DNA of 64,000 nucleotides, from contig OZ257156.1 of the NCBI GenBank assembly GCA_965279375.1, positions 928,001 through 992,000 of the forward strand, given 5' to 3'. Both the position numbers and the translations under genes were made by a program. Below are positions 29,831-39,291 of the stretch, in pieces. The notes under the pieces are model-generated. The model did no database searches and was not told the origin of the DNA. It was given only the letters and a program-made list of their open reading frames with translations. Every line of letters starts with the position of its first letter. Position 1 is the stretch's first letter. Source of the DNA: Gemmatimonas sp. (GTDB lineage Bacteria > Gemmatimonadota > Gemmatimonadetes > Gemmatimonadales > Gemmatimonadaceae).

Positions 29831-29978
29831 GCCCGCATGTCAATCGCAAATCAATACCACATACAAAGATCGGGGATTCCCCGACGTGAATTCGTCGGCT
29901 GCCTGACTCGGCCATCGCCGCACGCTGCCCATACTCACCAGCAACCCTCAGCGATTCACGACCTTACCGAGGCACGGC

Positions 29979-32228
29979 ATGACCCTCGCGCCAGGCGCGG
30001 CATCTTCCACAGCGCGCACATCAGCGGCCCAGCTGGACCGCTTTTCCTACGACGATGACATCGTCCGCAAATTCCTCTTCGCCACCCTGATCTGGGGTGT
30101 CGTGGGAATGCTGGTTGGAGTGCTCATCGCACTCCAGCTCGCCAACCCCTTCTTCAACTTCAACACGCCGTGGTTGTCCTTCGGTCGCCTGCGACCGTTG
30201 CACACCAACGCGGTGATCTTCGCTTTCGCGGGGAATGCCTTCTTCTGTGGCTGCTACTACTCCACGCAGCGACTGCTCAAGACGCGGATGTTCTCCGACG
30301 GCTTGAGCCGTTTTCACTTTTGGGGGTGGCAAGCCATCATCGTCAGCGCCGCGCTGACGTTGCCGTTCGGCTTCACGCAGGCGAAGGAATACGCCGAGCT
30401 GGAGTGGCCGATCGATATCGCGATCGCGGTGGTGTGGGTGGCGTTCGCCGTCAACTTCTTCGGCTCGCTGATCAAGCGGCGTGAACGGCATCTGTATGTC
30501 GCGCTCTGGTTCTACATCGCCAGCATCGTGACCGTCGCCATTCTGCACATCTTCAACAACCTGTCGATCCCGGCCGACTTCCTGAAGAGCTACAGCCTCT
30601 ACGCCGGTGTGCAGGACGCGTTCATGCAGTGGTGGTACGGGCACAACGCCGTCGCGTTCTTCCTCACGACGCCGTTCCTCGGGCTGATGTACTACTTCAT
30701 GCCCAAGGCCGCCGAAGGACCGGTCTTCAGCTACAAGCTGTCGATCCTGCACTTCTGGTCGCTGGTGTTCATGTACATCTGGGCTGGCCCACACCATCTG
30801 CACTACACCGCACTCCCGGAGTGGGCCTCCACCCTCGGCATGCTCTTCTCGGTGATGCTGTGGGCGCCGAGCTGGGGCGGCATGATCAACGGGTTGCTCA
30901 CGTTGCGCGGTGCGTGGCACAAGGTGACGCAGGATCCGATTCTCAAGTTCTTCGTCGTCGCGATCACCGCGTACGGCATGAGCACGTTCGAAGGCCCAAT
31001 GTTGTCGATCAAGAGCGTGAATGCGCTCGCGCACTACACCGACTGGATCATCGCGCACGTGCACACCGGCGCACTCGGCTGGAACGGCTTCATGACGTTC
31101 GGCATGGTGTACTGGCTGCTGCCGCGGCTGTTCCAGACGGAGATCTACAGCAAGAAGGCGATGGAGATTCACTTCTGGATCGCGTCTGTCGGCATCGTGC
31201 TGTACGTGGTCGCGATCTACAGCGCCGGTGCCACGCAGGGGCTGATGTGGCGCGCGTTCGACCAGACCGGTCGCCTGGCCTATCCCGACTTCGTCGAGAC
31301 GGTCGTCAAGCTGATGCCGATGTACTGGATGCGCGTCGTCGGCGGCTCGATGTACCTGGTGGGCACGCTGATCTTCGGCTGGAACGTGATCATGACGTGG
31401 CGCAAGCGTCCGGCCCGGTACGATGTGCCGGTGATCGAAGCGGCGCCGTTGTCGAAGAAGTACGAGCACCCGCCGGCAACGGCGTTGCCCGCCGGCCCGT
31501 CGGTTGGCGTCTTCGGCCGGTTCGCTGGTGTGGCGTGGCATCGCGCGTGGGAACGCGCGCCGATGCTCTTCACCGCGCTGACGTTGCTCGCCGTCGTCGT
31601 TGCCTCGCTCTTCGAGATTCTGCCCACGTTCCTCATCAAGTCGAACGTGCCGACGATCGCGTCGGTCAAGCCATACACGCCGCTCGAGTTGGCGGGACGC
31701 GATGTGTACATCGCCGAAGGGTGCTTCAACTGTCACTCGCAGATGATCCGTCCGTTCCGCTACGAGACGGAGCGCTTCGGCGAATACTCCAAGCCGGGCG
31801 AGTCGGTCTACGATCATCCGTTCCTGTGGGGATCGCGCCGCATCGGACCTGATCTGGCACGCGAAGGGGGCAAGTATCCCGATCTGTGGCATGTGCGGCA
31901 CTTCGAGAATCCGCGCGCGGTCACCGCGAAGTCGATCATGCCGGCCTACTCGCAGCTCCTCACCAACACGCTCGACTTCGACGGCATTCAGAAGCGCGTG
32001 GACGTGATGATGATGCTGGGTGTGCCGTACGGCGATGCCGTGAACAAGGCGCCGGCGATGGCGCGTGAGCAGGCCAAGAGCATCGCGGCCGCGATTGTCG
32101 AACAGGGTGGACCGGCTGGCCTCGAAGACAAGGAGATCGTCGCGATCGTTGCCTACATGCAGCGCCTCGGGCGCGACATCAAGGTCGCCAAGGTCGCTGC
32201 CAACAGCACCGGGGGATCGATCAAGTGA
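29979..32228 (+). CDS. ccoNO: cbb3-type cytochrome c oxidase, fused subunits I/II
   Basis: FGRLRPLHTNAVIF, QWWYGHNAV, WAGPHHLHY, WIIAHVH, then CcoO EGCFNCHSQMIRP, WGSRRIGPDL. Confidence 0.97.
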   Translation: MTLAPGAASSTARTSAAQLDRFSYDDDIVRKFLFATLIWGVVGMLVGVLIALQLANPFFNFNTPWLSFGRLRPLHTNAVIFAFAGNAFFCGCYYSTQRLLKTRMFSDGLSRFHFWGWQAIIVSAALTLPFGFTQAKEYAELEWPIDIAIAVVWVAFAVNFFGSLIKRRERHLYVALWFYIASIVTVAILHIFNNLSIPADFLKSYSLYAGVQDAFMQWWYGHNAVAFFLTTPFLGLMYYFMPKAAEGPVFSYKLSILHFWSLVFMYIWAGPHHLHYTALPEWASTLGMLFSVMLWAPSWGGMINGLLTLRGAWHKVTQDPILKFFVVAITAYGMSTFEGPMLSIKSVNALAHYTDWIIAHVHTGALGWNGFMTFGMVYWLLPRLFQTEIYSKKAMEIHFWIASVGIVLYVVAIYSAGATQGLMWRAFDQTGRLAYPDFVETVVKLMPMYWMRVVGGSMYLVGTLIFGWNVIMTWRKRPARYDVPVIEAAPLSKKYEHPPATALPAGPSVGVFGRFAGVAWHRAWERAPMLFTALTLLAVVVASLFEILPTFLIKSNVPTIASVKPYTPLELAGRDVYIAEGCFNCHSQMIRPFRYETERFGEYSKPGESVYDHPFLWGSRRIGPDLAREGGKYPDLWHVRHFENPRAVTAKSIMPAYSQLLTNTLDFDGIQKRVDVMMMLGVPYGDAVNKAPAMAREQAKSIAAAIVEQGGPAGLEDKEIVAIVAYMQRLGRDIKVAKVAANSTGGSIK

Positions 32229-32419
32229 AACTCTCCGACATCATGTCCCACGCTGGTCTCGCGATGTACGCGCAGGTCGCCCTCGTGCTCTTCTTCGGGG
32301 TGTTCATCGCCGTAGCCATCCGTACCTACGCGCCTTCCCGCCGCGGCGTGCTCGATGACGCCGCGCTGCTTCCGCTCGATGACGGCCGCACGGTCGCGCA
32401 CACTTCACAGGAGAGCTGA
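32225..32419 (+). CDS. ccoQ: cbb3 oxidase subunit CcoQ
   Basis: Small single-TM protein ending AALLPLDD, located between ccoNO and ccoP. Confidence 0.85.
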   Translation: MKLSDIMSHAGLAMYAQVALVLFFGVFIAVAIRTYAPSRRGVLDDAALLPLDDGRTVAHTSQES

Positions 32420-32422
32420 CCC

Positions 32423-32995
32423 GTGGCCAGCGAGAAGCAGAACGAGACCGATCGCATCCTCGAGCACGAGTACGACGGTATTCAAGAGTACGACAATCCG
32501 ATGCCGAGGTGGTGGCTGCTGACATTTGCCGGCACGATCATCTTCTCCGTCATCTACGTCTTCGACGTGGGCCCGATCGGCAACGGCAAGGGACGCATCG
32601 CCGACTATGAGGCGGACATGAAGGCCTTCGCGGCAGCGCATCCCGCTCCCACCGGCAGCGATTTCTCCGGCGAGCAGCTGCTGGTCATCGCGAAGGATCA
32701 CGAGGCGATGGAAGAAGGGAAGGAAACGTTCACCACCTACTGCGCCTCGTGTCATCGCGCGGACGGCGGCGGTCTCATCGGACCGAACCTGACGGACAGC
32801 TACTGGATTCACGGCGCCACTCTACCGGACCTGTACAAGACGGTCACCAACGGCGTGCTCGAGAAAGGCATGCCGCCCTGGGGCAAGACACTCAAGCCCG
32901 AGCAGATCGCGCGCGTCGTCGGATACGTGTCCACCATGCAGGGGAGCAACCCGGCGAACCCGAAAGCTCCGCAAGGAGTACAGGCGACACCGTGA
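32423..32995 (+). CDS. ccoP: cbb3 oxidase subunit III (short, monoheme)
   Basis: HEYDGIQEYDNPMPRWW; single CASCH; GPNLTD, GMPPW. Confidence 0.93.
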   Translation: MASEKQNETDRILEHEYDGIQEYDNPMPRWWLLTFAGTIIFSVIYVFDVGPIGNGKGRIADYEADMKAFAAAHPAPTGSDFSGEQLLVIAKDHEAMEEGKETFTTYCASCHRADGGGLIGPNLTDSYWIHGATLPDLYKTVTNGVLEKGMPPWGKTLKPEQIARVVGYVSTMQGSNPANPKAPQGVQATP

Positions 32996-34416
32996 GCACG
33001 ATTGCGCCACCCAAAAGCAGCGGGCGTGTTCTTCCGACGTTGAACGAAGACGGCACTCGGCGCTGGATTCGGCCGAAGCCGTCGCACGGACCGTGGTGGG
33101 AACGGCGGCGTGTCGTGGCCTACCAGTTGATGGCGATCTTCTTTGCCATTCCGCATCTGCGCGTCGGCGGGCAGCCCATGTTCCTCATGGACCTGCCCGC
33201 CCGGAAGTTCACGTTGATGGGCTACACGTTCCTGCCCACCGACACGCTGCTGTTGATGTTCACGTTGGGCAGCATCATCATCGGGATCTTCCTCATCACC
33301 GCGTTCTTCGGACGCGCGTGGTGCGGCTGGGCCTGCCCGCAGACCGTCTATCTCGAGTTCCTCTTTCGCCCGGTGGGCCGCTGGTTCGACGGCGGTTACA
33401 CCGGCGCGCGCAATCTCGACAAGAAGGGCGAGTGGTTCACGCCCATGCGCATCGGCAAGTACGTCGCGTTCCTGACGATGTCGCTGTTCGTGTCGCACAC
33501 GCTGCTCGCGTTCTTCGTCGGTACCGAGAATCTCTACCACTGGGTGCTCGGCTCACCGGCCGCGCATCCCACTGCATTCCTGCTGGTGACGCTCTTCACC
33601 GGCGTCGTGTGGTTCAATTTCACATACTTTCGTGAGCAGACCTGCCTCATCGTCTGCCCCTACGGCCGCTGGCAGTCGGCGTTGATCGATCGGCAGTCGG
33701 TCATTGTCGCATATGATGTAAAGCGCGGCGAACCGCGCGCCCTTGGCACGGCTGATCGTCCCGCGAATGCAGGCGATTGCATCTCCTGCGGCGCCTGCGT
33801 GCAGACCTGCCCGACGGGCATCGATATACGCAATGGCCTGCAGATGGAGTGCGTGCACTGCACGCAGTGCATCGACGCGTGCGATGACGTGATGACCCGC
33901 ATCGGCAAGCCGAAGGGACTGATTCGCTACTCCTCGCAGGATGCGATGGCCGGCAAGCCCCGGAAGCTGCTGCGGCTACGCACGGTGCTCTATCCGCTGG
34001 TGCTCACCATCATGCTGGGCGGCTTGATCACATCGCTCGTGATGAAGGACACCGCCGACATCACGGTGCTGCGCGGTATCGGTGCGCCATTCGGTGAAGA
34101 GTCGGACGGTCGCATTTCCAATCAGGTCCGCATCAAGATCGCCAACCGCGCGCACACCGACGCGCAGTACGCCATCGTCGTCAACGGCCTCGAAGGTGCC
34201 GGGCTTCAGGACAGCGAAGTCACCGTTGTCGCCCCCGAGAATCCGATGACGATCGCCGGCGGCGCCACGCGTGAGACCAGCATGTTCATCCTGCTGCCGC
34301 GCAAGGCGTTCACCAACGGCGAACTGAACATCGTGCTGACCATCAGCGATGGACACAGCTCCACGCAGGAGATTCCGTATCGCCTGCTTGGCCCCTCCAC
34401 CGGAGCATCCAAGTGA
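32992..34416 (+). CDS. ccoG: Cytochrome c oxidase accessory 4Fe-4S protein
   Basis: GRAWCGWACPQT, CLIVCPYGR, CISCGACVQTCP, CVHCTQCIDAC. Confidence 0.95.
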   Translation: MSTIAPPKSSGRVLPTLNEDGTRRWIRPKPSHGPWWERRRVVAYQLMAIFFAIPHLRVGGQPMFLMDLPARKFTLMGYTFLPTDTLLLMFTLGSIIIGIFLITAFFGRAWCGWACPQTVYLEFLFRPVGRWFDGGYTGARNLDKKGEWFTPMRIGKYVAFLTMSLFVSHTLLAFFVGTENLYHWVLGSPAAHPTAFLLVTLFTGVVWFNFTYFREQTCLIVCPYGRWQSALIDRQSVIVAYDVKRGEPRALGTADRPANAGDCISCGACVQTCPTGIDIRNGLQMECVHCTQCIDACDDVMTRIGKPKGLIRYSSQDAMAGKPRKLLRLRTVLYPLVLTIMLGGLITSLVMKDTADITVLRGIGAPFGEESDGRISNQVRIKIANRAHTDAQYAIVVNGLEGAGLQDSEVTVVAPENPMTIAGGATRETSMFILLPRKAFTNGELNIVLTISDGHSSTQEIPYRLLGPSTGASK

Positions 34417-34913
34417 AAGCCGGCATGATGTGGCCGATCGGCATCACCGCCATTCTTGGCGCCACGGTCGCTGCGAACATCGTCATGATGCGTCTGGCGA
34501 GTGACGACCCCTCGATGGCCATCGAACCGGACTACTACAAGAAGGCGGTGGATTTCGATTCGACGATGGCCGCCGAGCGTCGCAGCAACGCGCTGGGTTG
34601 GACCGCGGTAAGCTCGATTGATCCGATCGTGGCTGGCAAGCCGACGCGCGTGCGCGTGCGCCTGGCTACGGTGGATGGCACCCCGATCCCCGACGCCACG
34701 GTGCGTGTGGTCGCACTGTTCAACGCGCGCGCCAACGATCTCAAGCAGGCAACAATGGTCGCGCAGTCCGACAGCAGCTACGCCGCATCCCTCGACATCG
34801 GCTTCCCCGGGCAATGGGAGGTTAGGGTGGACGCCACGCGTGGCGCGGCGCATCTGATCTCGACGTCACGCGTCGAGGTGGGATCATCAACTGGGCGCGG
34901 CACCGTCCCGTGA
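34413..34913 (+). CDS. ccoH: FixH/CcoH family protein
   Basis: WPIGI TM, DYYKKA, ALGW, GQWEVRV; position in the operon. Confidence 0.82.
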   Translation: MKAGMMWPIGITAILGATVAANIVMMRLASDDPSMAIEPDYYKKAVDFDSTMAAERRSNALGWTAVSSIDPIVAGKPTRVRVRLATVDGTPIPDATVRVVALFNARANDLKQATMVAQSDSSYAASLDIGFPGQWEVRVDATRGAAHLISTSRVEVGSSTGRGTVP

Positions 34914-35689
34914 TTCCCGCCGCGCTGGGCATTCTTGTCGCAAGCCTCATCGGCAGCGTGCACTGCGCGGCGATGTGCGGCGGCTTTGTCTGTTTCTACG
35001 CAGGTGCGGGTCCATCGGGCAGCAACGATGGACCGGTCGCGCTGCGTGCGCATGCGATGTACAACGTCGGACGCCTTGCCTCGTATCTGCTGCTCGGTGC
35101 CATCGCCGGCGCACTCGGCGCAGGCGTATCGATGGTGGGGCGCATGGCCGGTGTCGCACACGCGGCTACCGTGATCGCCGGCGCGCTGATGATCGGCTGG
35201 GCGATCAGCACGATCGCCGCGCAACGCGGCGTGTCGATCGGCGCGGTGCACGCGCCGGAAGCGTGGCAGCGCGCGTTGGGCAAGGCGCTGCATGCCGTGC
35301 GCGAGCAACCGATGTCGGTGCGTGCTGGACTCACAGGATTGCTTACCACCATGCTCCCGTGCGGCTGGCTGTACGTCTTCGTCGCCACCGCAGGGAGCAC
35401 CGGCACTGTGCGGGGCGGACTCACCGTCATGGGGATCTTCTGGCTGGGAACGGTACCGGCATTGCTCGCCGTGGGGCTTGGCGCGCAGCGCGTGTTTGGC
35501 CCGCTGCGCAAACGACTGCCGTCGCTCAGCGCCGTCGCGGTGTTGGTGATGGGCGTGCTGGCGATGAGCGGACACCTGTCGATGCAAACGATGCAGGGAA
35601 TGCAGCACGACACCATACAGCACAACGCGATGCAACACGACATGACGCCGAAACAGTTGATGTCGCCCGAGAGACCGCATGAGCACTGA
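34910..35689 (+). CDS. DsbD_2 / TauE-SafE-like membrane protein of the cbb3 assembly cluster
   Basis: GSVHCAAMCGG, YNVGRLASY, LPCGWLY, FWLGTVP; Met/His-rich tail. Confidence 0.85.
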   Translation: MIPAALGILVASLIGSVHCAAMCGGFVCFYAGAGPSGSNDGPVALRAHAMYNVGRLASYLLLGAIAGALGAGVSMVGRMAGVAHAATVIAGALMIGWAISTIAAQRGVSIGAVHAPEAWQRALGKALHAVREQPMSVRAGLTGLLTTMLPCGWLYVFVATAGSTGTVRGGLTVMGIFWLGTVPALLAVGLGAQRVFGPLRKRLPSLSAVAVLVMGVLAMSGHLSMQTMQGMQHDTIQHNAMQHDMTPKQLMSPERPHEH

Positions 35690-38153
35690 GACGCTGCGCC
35701 TGAATGGCGTGGATGCATCGGCAACCGATGTCGCCTGCGCGCACTGCGGGCTTCCGGTTCCTGACGGCTTCATCGAGCAGGATGCCACGGCGCAGTTCTG
35801 CTGCGCGGGATGCCACACGGCATACGGCATTCTGCACGCGCACGGCCTCGATCAGTACTACGGCTTCGCTGAACGTCGCGAAGCGCCGGTGCGCGCCTCG
35901 GGGCGCAAGTACGAGGAGTTCGATCACCCGTCGTTCAATTCGCTGTACGTCACGCTGGCGCCGTCAGGGCTGTCGCGTACCGAGCTCTATCTCGAAGGTG
36001 TGCACTGCTCGTCATGCGTGTGGCTGGTGGAGCGCATGCCGTTGCTGGTGCCGGGCGTGGCGCGCGCCGAGTTGGATGTGAGACGCTCGCTGGCCGTGGT
36101 GGAGTGGGATCTGGCGGCGGTGCCGCTGTCGGAGATTGCACAGTCGCTCGATGCGCTGGGCTATCCGCCGCACCCGTTCCGCGGCGTCGCGCGGGACGCC
36201 ATGCGTCGTCGGGAAGATCGCGCGATGCTCGTGCGCATTGGCGTGGCCGGCGCGATCGCGATCAACGTCATGCTCGCCGCGCTCGCACTGTACAGCGGCG
36301 ACGTGAACGGCATGGAAGCGCAGTACGAACGCTTCTTCCGGTGGATCAGCTTCGCGCTGGTGGTGCCCACCTTCATCTGGCCGGGGCGCGTCTTCTTTAC
36401 CGGTGCGTGGGCCGCGCTGCGTACGCGTTCGCTGCACATGGATCTCCCCATCGCGATCGCGCTGGCGGCCGGCTTCATTCGCGGCGGCATCAACACCATC
36501 GCTGACAGCGGCCCGGTCTACTTCGACGGGCTCGCGATTCTCATCTTCGCGCTCTTGGTCGGACGGTTCCTGCAGCAGCGCGGACAGCGCATGGCGGCGG
36601 ATGCGGCCGAGTTGCTGCATGCGGTTGCGCCGTCGGCCGCGCACATCATCGAAGGCGGTGTGCGGCGTGAGGTTCCGGCCGAAGCGCTCCTCCCCGGCAT
36701 GGTGCTCGATGTGCGCGCCGGCGAGAGCTTTGCCGCCGACGGTACCGTCATCGAAGGGCGTTCGGCGGTGAACGCCGCATTGCTCACCGGCGAGTCGCGG
36801 CCAACGTCGGTGAGTGTTGGTGCGCGTGTGTTTGCCGGTACGCAGAACGTGGAAGCGCCGTTGCTCGTGCGCGTGGAAGAAGCAGGCGAGACGAGCCGCA
36901 TCGCCAAGCTGCTGCGTCAGGTGGAAGAGAGCGCGAGTCGACGAGCGCCGGTGGTGCAGCTGGCCAACCGCATGGCCGGGATCTTCGTGGCGGTCGTGCT
37001 GGTCGCAACCGCGCTGGTGTACGTCGTCTCCACGCGGATGGGCGCCGTGCATGCGCTCGACAACGCGATCGCGCTGCTCATCGTTACTTGCCCGTGCGCG
37101 CTCGCGCTCGCCACGCCGCTCGCCATCACCGTGGCGGTCGGACGCGCGGCCAGCGGCGGCATGCTCATCAAGGGTGGCGACGCGCTCGAGCTTCTGGCCC
37201 AGCCGGCCACCTTGGTGCTCGACAAGACGGGCACCATCACCGAAGGGCGCACCGCGCTCGTCTCGTGGGTGGGGCCGGAGTGGGTGCAGCCCCTGGTGCT
37301 GTCGCTGGAAGAAGGCTCGTCGCATCCATTGGCCGACGGTTTCCGCCGCGCGTGGACGCATCTCGAGCTGCTTCCGGTTGAATACGCTCGCCACATCGCC
37401 GGCGGTGGCATGACCGGCATCGTGAATGGCCATGCGCTGCGCGTCGGCTCACCGCGATTCGTACGAGACGGCCTCACTGCGACGACCACCACCGATGCTG
37501 GGCTGGCCTCGGCGATCGCCGCCATCGACGCCACGCTCACCCCGGTACACATCGCGGTGGACGGCGTGCTCGTTGCCGCGGCAGGCTTGGGTGACCGCAT
37601 TCGCGATGACGCGCTCGTGTCGCTCAACGCGCTGCGTGCCCGTGGCTGGCGCACGGTGATGCTCAGCGGCGATTCCCCCGACGTCGTGGCATCGGTGGGG
37701 CGCACGCTGGGATTTGCCCCTGAGGACCTCGTGGGCGCGGCGTCGCCCGAGGACAAGCTGGCCTTCGTGGAGCGGATCAAGCGCCATGGCGCGGTCGTCA
37801 TGGTGGGCGACGGGGTCAACGATGCGGCCGCCATCGCTGCGGCGAGTGTCGGCATTGGCGTGCACGGCGGCGCCGAGGCCTGCCTCGCCACAGCGGATAT
37901 CTATCTCGCACGGCCGGGGCTTGGCGCACTGGTCGAGCTGACCGACGGCGCACGGCGCACCATGCGCGCGATCCGTCGCAACATCGCCTTCTCGATCGGC
38001 TACAACCTCATCGGTGCCGGGCTCGCTGCGGTCGGGCTGCTCTCGCCTCTCATTGCCGCGATCCTCATGCCGACGAGCTCGATCACCGTCGTGCTGGGCT
38101 CGTGGTACAGTCACACATTCGCGCGCATCGCGCGCCGGGAGTCCGTCGCATGA
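35679..38153 (+). CDS. ccoI: P1B-type heavy-metal ATPase CcoI/FixI
   Basis: CAHC..FCCAGC, HMA GVHCSSC, TGES, CPCALALATP, DKTGT, SHP, MVGDGVND. Confidence 0.95.
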   Translation: MSTETLRLNGVDASATDVACAHCGLPVPDGFIEQDATAQFCCAGCHTAYGILHAHGLDQYYGFAERREAPVRASGRKYEEFDHPSFNSLYVTLAPSGLSRTELYLEGVHCSSCVWLVERMPLLVPGVARAELDVRRSLAVVEWDLAAVPLSEIAQSLDALGYPPHPFRGVARDAMRRREDRAMLVRIGVAGAIAINVMLAALALYSGDVNGMEAQYERFFRWISFALVVPTFIWPGRVFFTGAWAALRTRSLHMDLPIAIALAAGFIRGGINTIADSGPVYFDGLAILIFALLVGRFLQQRGQRMAADAAELLHAVAPSAAHIIEGGVRREVPAEALLPGMVLDVRAGESFAADGTVIEGRSAVNAALLTGESRPTSVSVGARVFAGTQNVEAPLLVRVEEAGETSRIAKLLRQVEESASRRAPVVQLANRMAGIFVAVVLVATALVYVVSTRMGAVHALDNAIALLIVTCPCALALATPLAITVAVGRAASGGMLIKGGDALELLAQPATLVLDKTGTITEGRTALVSWVGPEWVQPLVLSLEEGSSHPLADGFRRAWTHLELLPVEYARHIAGGGMTGIVNGHALRVGSPRFVRDGLTATTTTDAGLASAIAAIDATLTPVHIAVDGVLVAAAGLGDRIRDDALVSLNALRARGWRTVMLSGDSPDVVASVGRTLGFAPEDLVGAASPEDKLAFVERIKRHGAVVMVGDGVNDAAAIAAASVGIGVHGGAEACLATADIYLARPGLGALVELTDGARRTMRAIRRNIAFSIGYNLIGAGLAAVGLLSPLIAAILMPTSSITVVLGSWYSHTFARIARRESVA

Positions 38154-38314
38154 GCGTCATCTTTCTGGTCCTGCCACTGGCCCTCGTGATCGTGGGCGCG
38201 GCCGTTGGCGCATTCGTCTGGTCGGCCCGCAGCGGGCAAATGGACGACCTGGAAACACCGGCCATGCGCATGTTGCACGACGACGCCCCAATCGTGACAC
38301 CACGTCTGCCTTGA
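38150..38314 (+). CDS. ccoS: cbb3 oxidase assembly protein CcoS
   Basis: MSVIFLVLPLAL...WSARSGQMDDLETPAMRML. Confidence 0.92.
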   Translation: MSVIFLVLPLALVIVGAAVGAFVWSARSGQMDDLETPAMRMLHDDAPIVTPRLP

Positions 38315-38344
38315 CCGCAGTCCTCGGCGAGGGGACATTGCGGT

Positions 38345-38575
38345 ATGTCACAGAGTTCATCGAACGATCCCTACGGCGGTACTGAACGCCGCAGCAATCC
38401 ACGCCTCCGCGAGCTGGTCGACGAAATGCTCGCGTCGATTCGCGCCGCGTCCAATGTCGACCTGTGGACGCCCGACGAGCGCTCGCGCTATCAGGCAGAC
38501 ATGGCGCGCATCATGGAATCGGTGCGCGAACACGCCGTCGACCGTAGCCGCACCCCGGGCTCCACGCGCGACTAG
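38345..38575 (+). CDS. Small hypothetical protein (76 aa)
   Basis: Helical ORF filling the gap; preceded by TTGACC-N17-GACATT-N5-ATG. Confidence 0.6.
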   Translation: MSQSSSNDPYGGTERRSNPRLRELVDEMLASIRAASNVDLWTPDERSRYQADMARIMESVREHAVDRSRTPGSTRD

Positions 38576-38578
38576 CTG

Positions 38579-39091
38579 CTACGCCTTTTTCGCTCGGCCA
38601 GTCAGGCGAGCGCCGATGGCGGCGACACACCAGAGCGCGGCCGCGATCACGAGCAGGAACTTCACGCTCGCACACACCGTCGCGAGGTGCGCCAGTCCGT
38701 CGCTCGCGCCGTGATCGATCATGCGCCACAGCGCGAGGTTCTCTGCCGCGTCGAGCGGCATGCACAACAGGACCGCGCGCTTGAGGAGTGCACCGGCGCG
38801 CAGCATGGCCTCCGATCGCTGACTGCCCAACAGCAGTCCGATCAGCGACGTGAACATCAGCGGATACGCGATCAGGAACGCGAAATCGACGCCGAGGCTG
38901 ACCTTGGCAGTTTCCAGCGCATCGGTCTGACGCCATGCGGTGAGGTACATGTCTGCTCCCTCACGCGACCACGCCAGCTCGTAACCCACGATGCCGCGCG
39001 GCGACTGCTCGCCGCGCAACGATTCATCGAAGCCGCGCAGCTGCAGGAAGAGCACCAGCGACAGGATCGCGAAGAAGAGCCAGCGGAACAT
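38579..39091 (-). CDS. Hypothetical membrane protein
   Basis: About 4 TM; GIVGYELA, DFAFLIAY, DAAENLAL, ASVKF. Confidence 0.75.
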   Translation of the reverse strand: MFRWLFFAILSLVLFLQLRGFDESLRGEQSPRGIVGYELAWSREGADMYLTAWRQTDALETAKVSLGVDFAFLIAYPLMFTSLIGLLLGSQRSEAMLRAGALLKRAVLLCMPLDAAENLALWRMIDHGASDGLAHLATVCASVKFLLVIAAALWCVAAIGARLTGRAKKA

Positions 39092-39195
39092 GGAGATCCG
39101 GTCGAAGGAGAGGTGGGGGCGTCCACGCTCTCCAAACTTGCTTCAGTGCACACGCGATTCAATGTTCCAGTGATGGACGGGCCGGTGGAGTGGCG

Positions 39196-39208
39196 AATTC
39201 GCGCGCAA
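39196..39208 (+). promoter_or_regulatory. Ada box
   Basis: AAT-TCGCGC-GCAA matches the AAT-N6-GCAA A/B-box spacing, upstream of ada. Confidence 0.6.
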
Positions 39209-39291
39209 GCTCCGGAGTGTCCGAGCGGCTGATCATGGCGAGGTTCCGCGGAGAGCAACCATCACGCCGCAGACACTTGCCGGAGACCGAA

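Noticed and set aside
29841..29854. Possible FNR box upstream of ccoNO
   Set aside because: Only the ATCAA half is present; the left half is CAATC, not TTGAT
30021..31901. 626-aa - strand ORF
   Set aside because: Antisense shadow of ccoNO with no motifs
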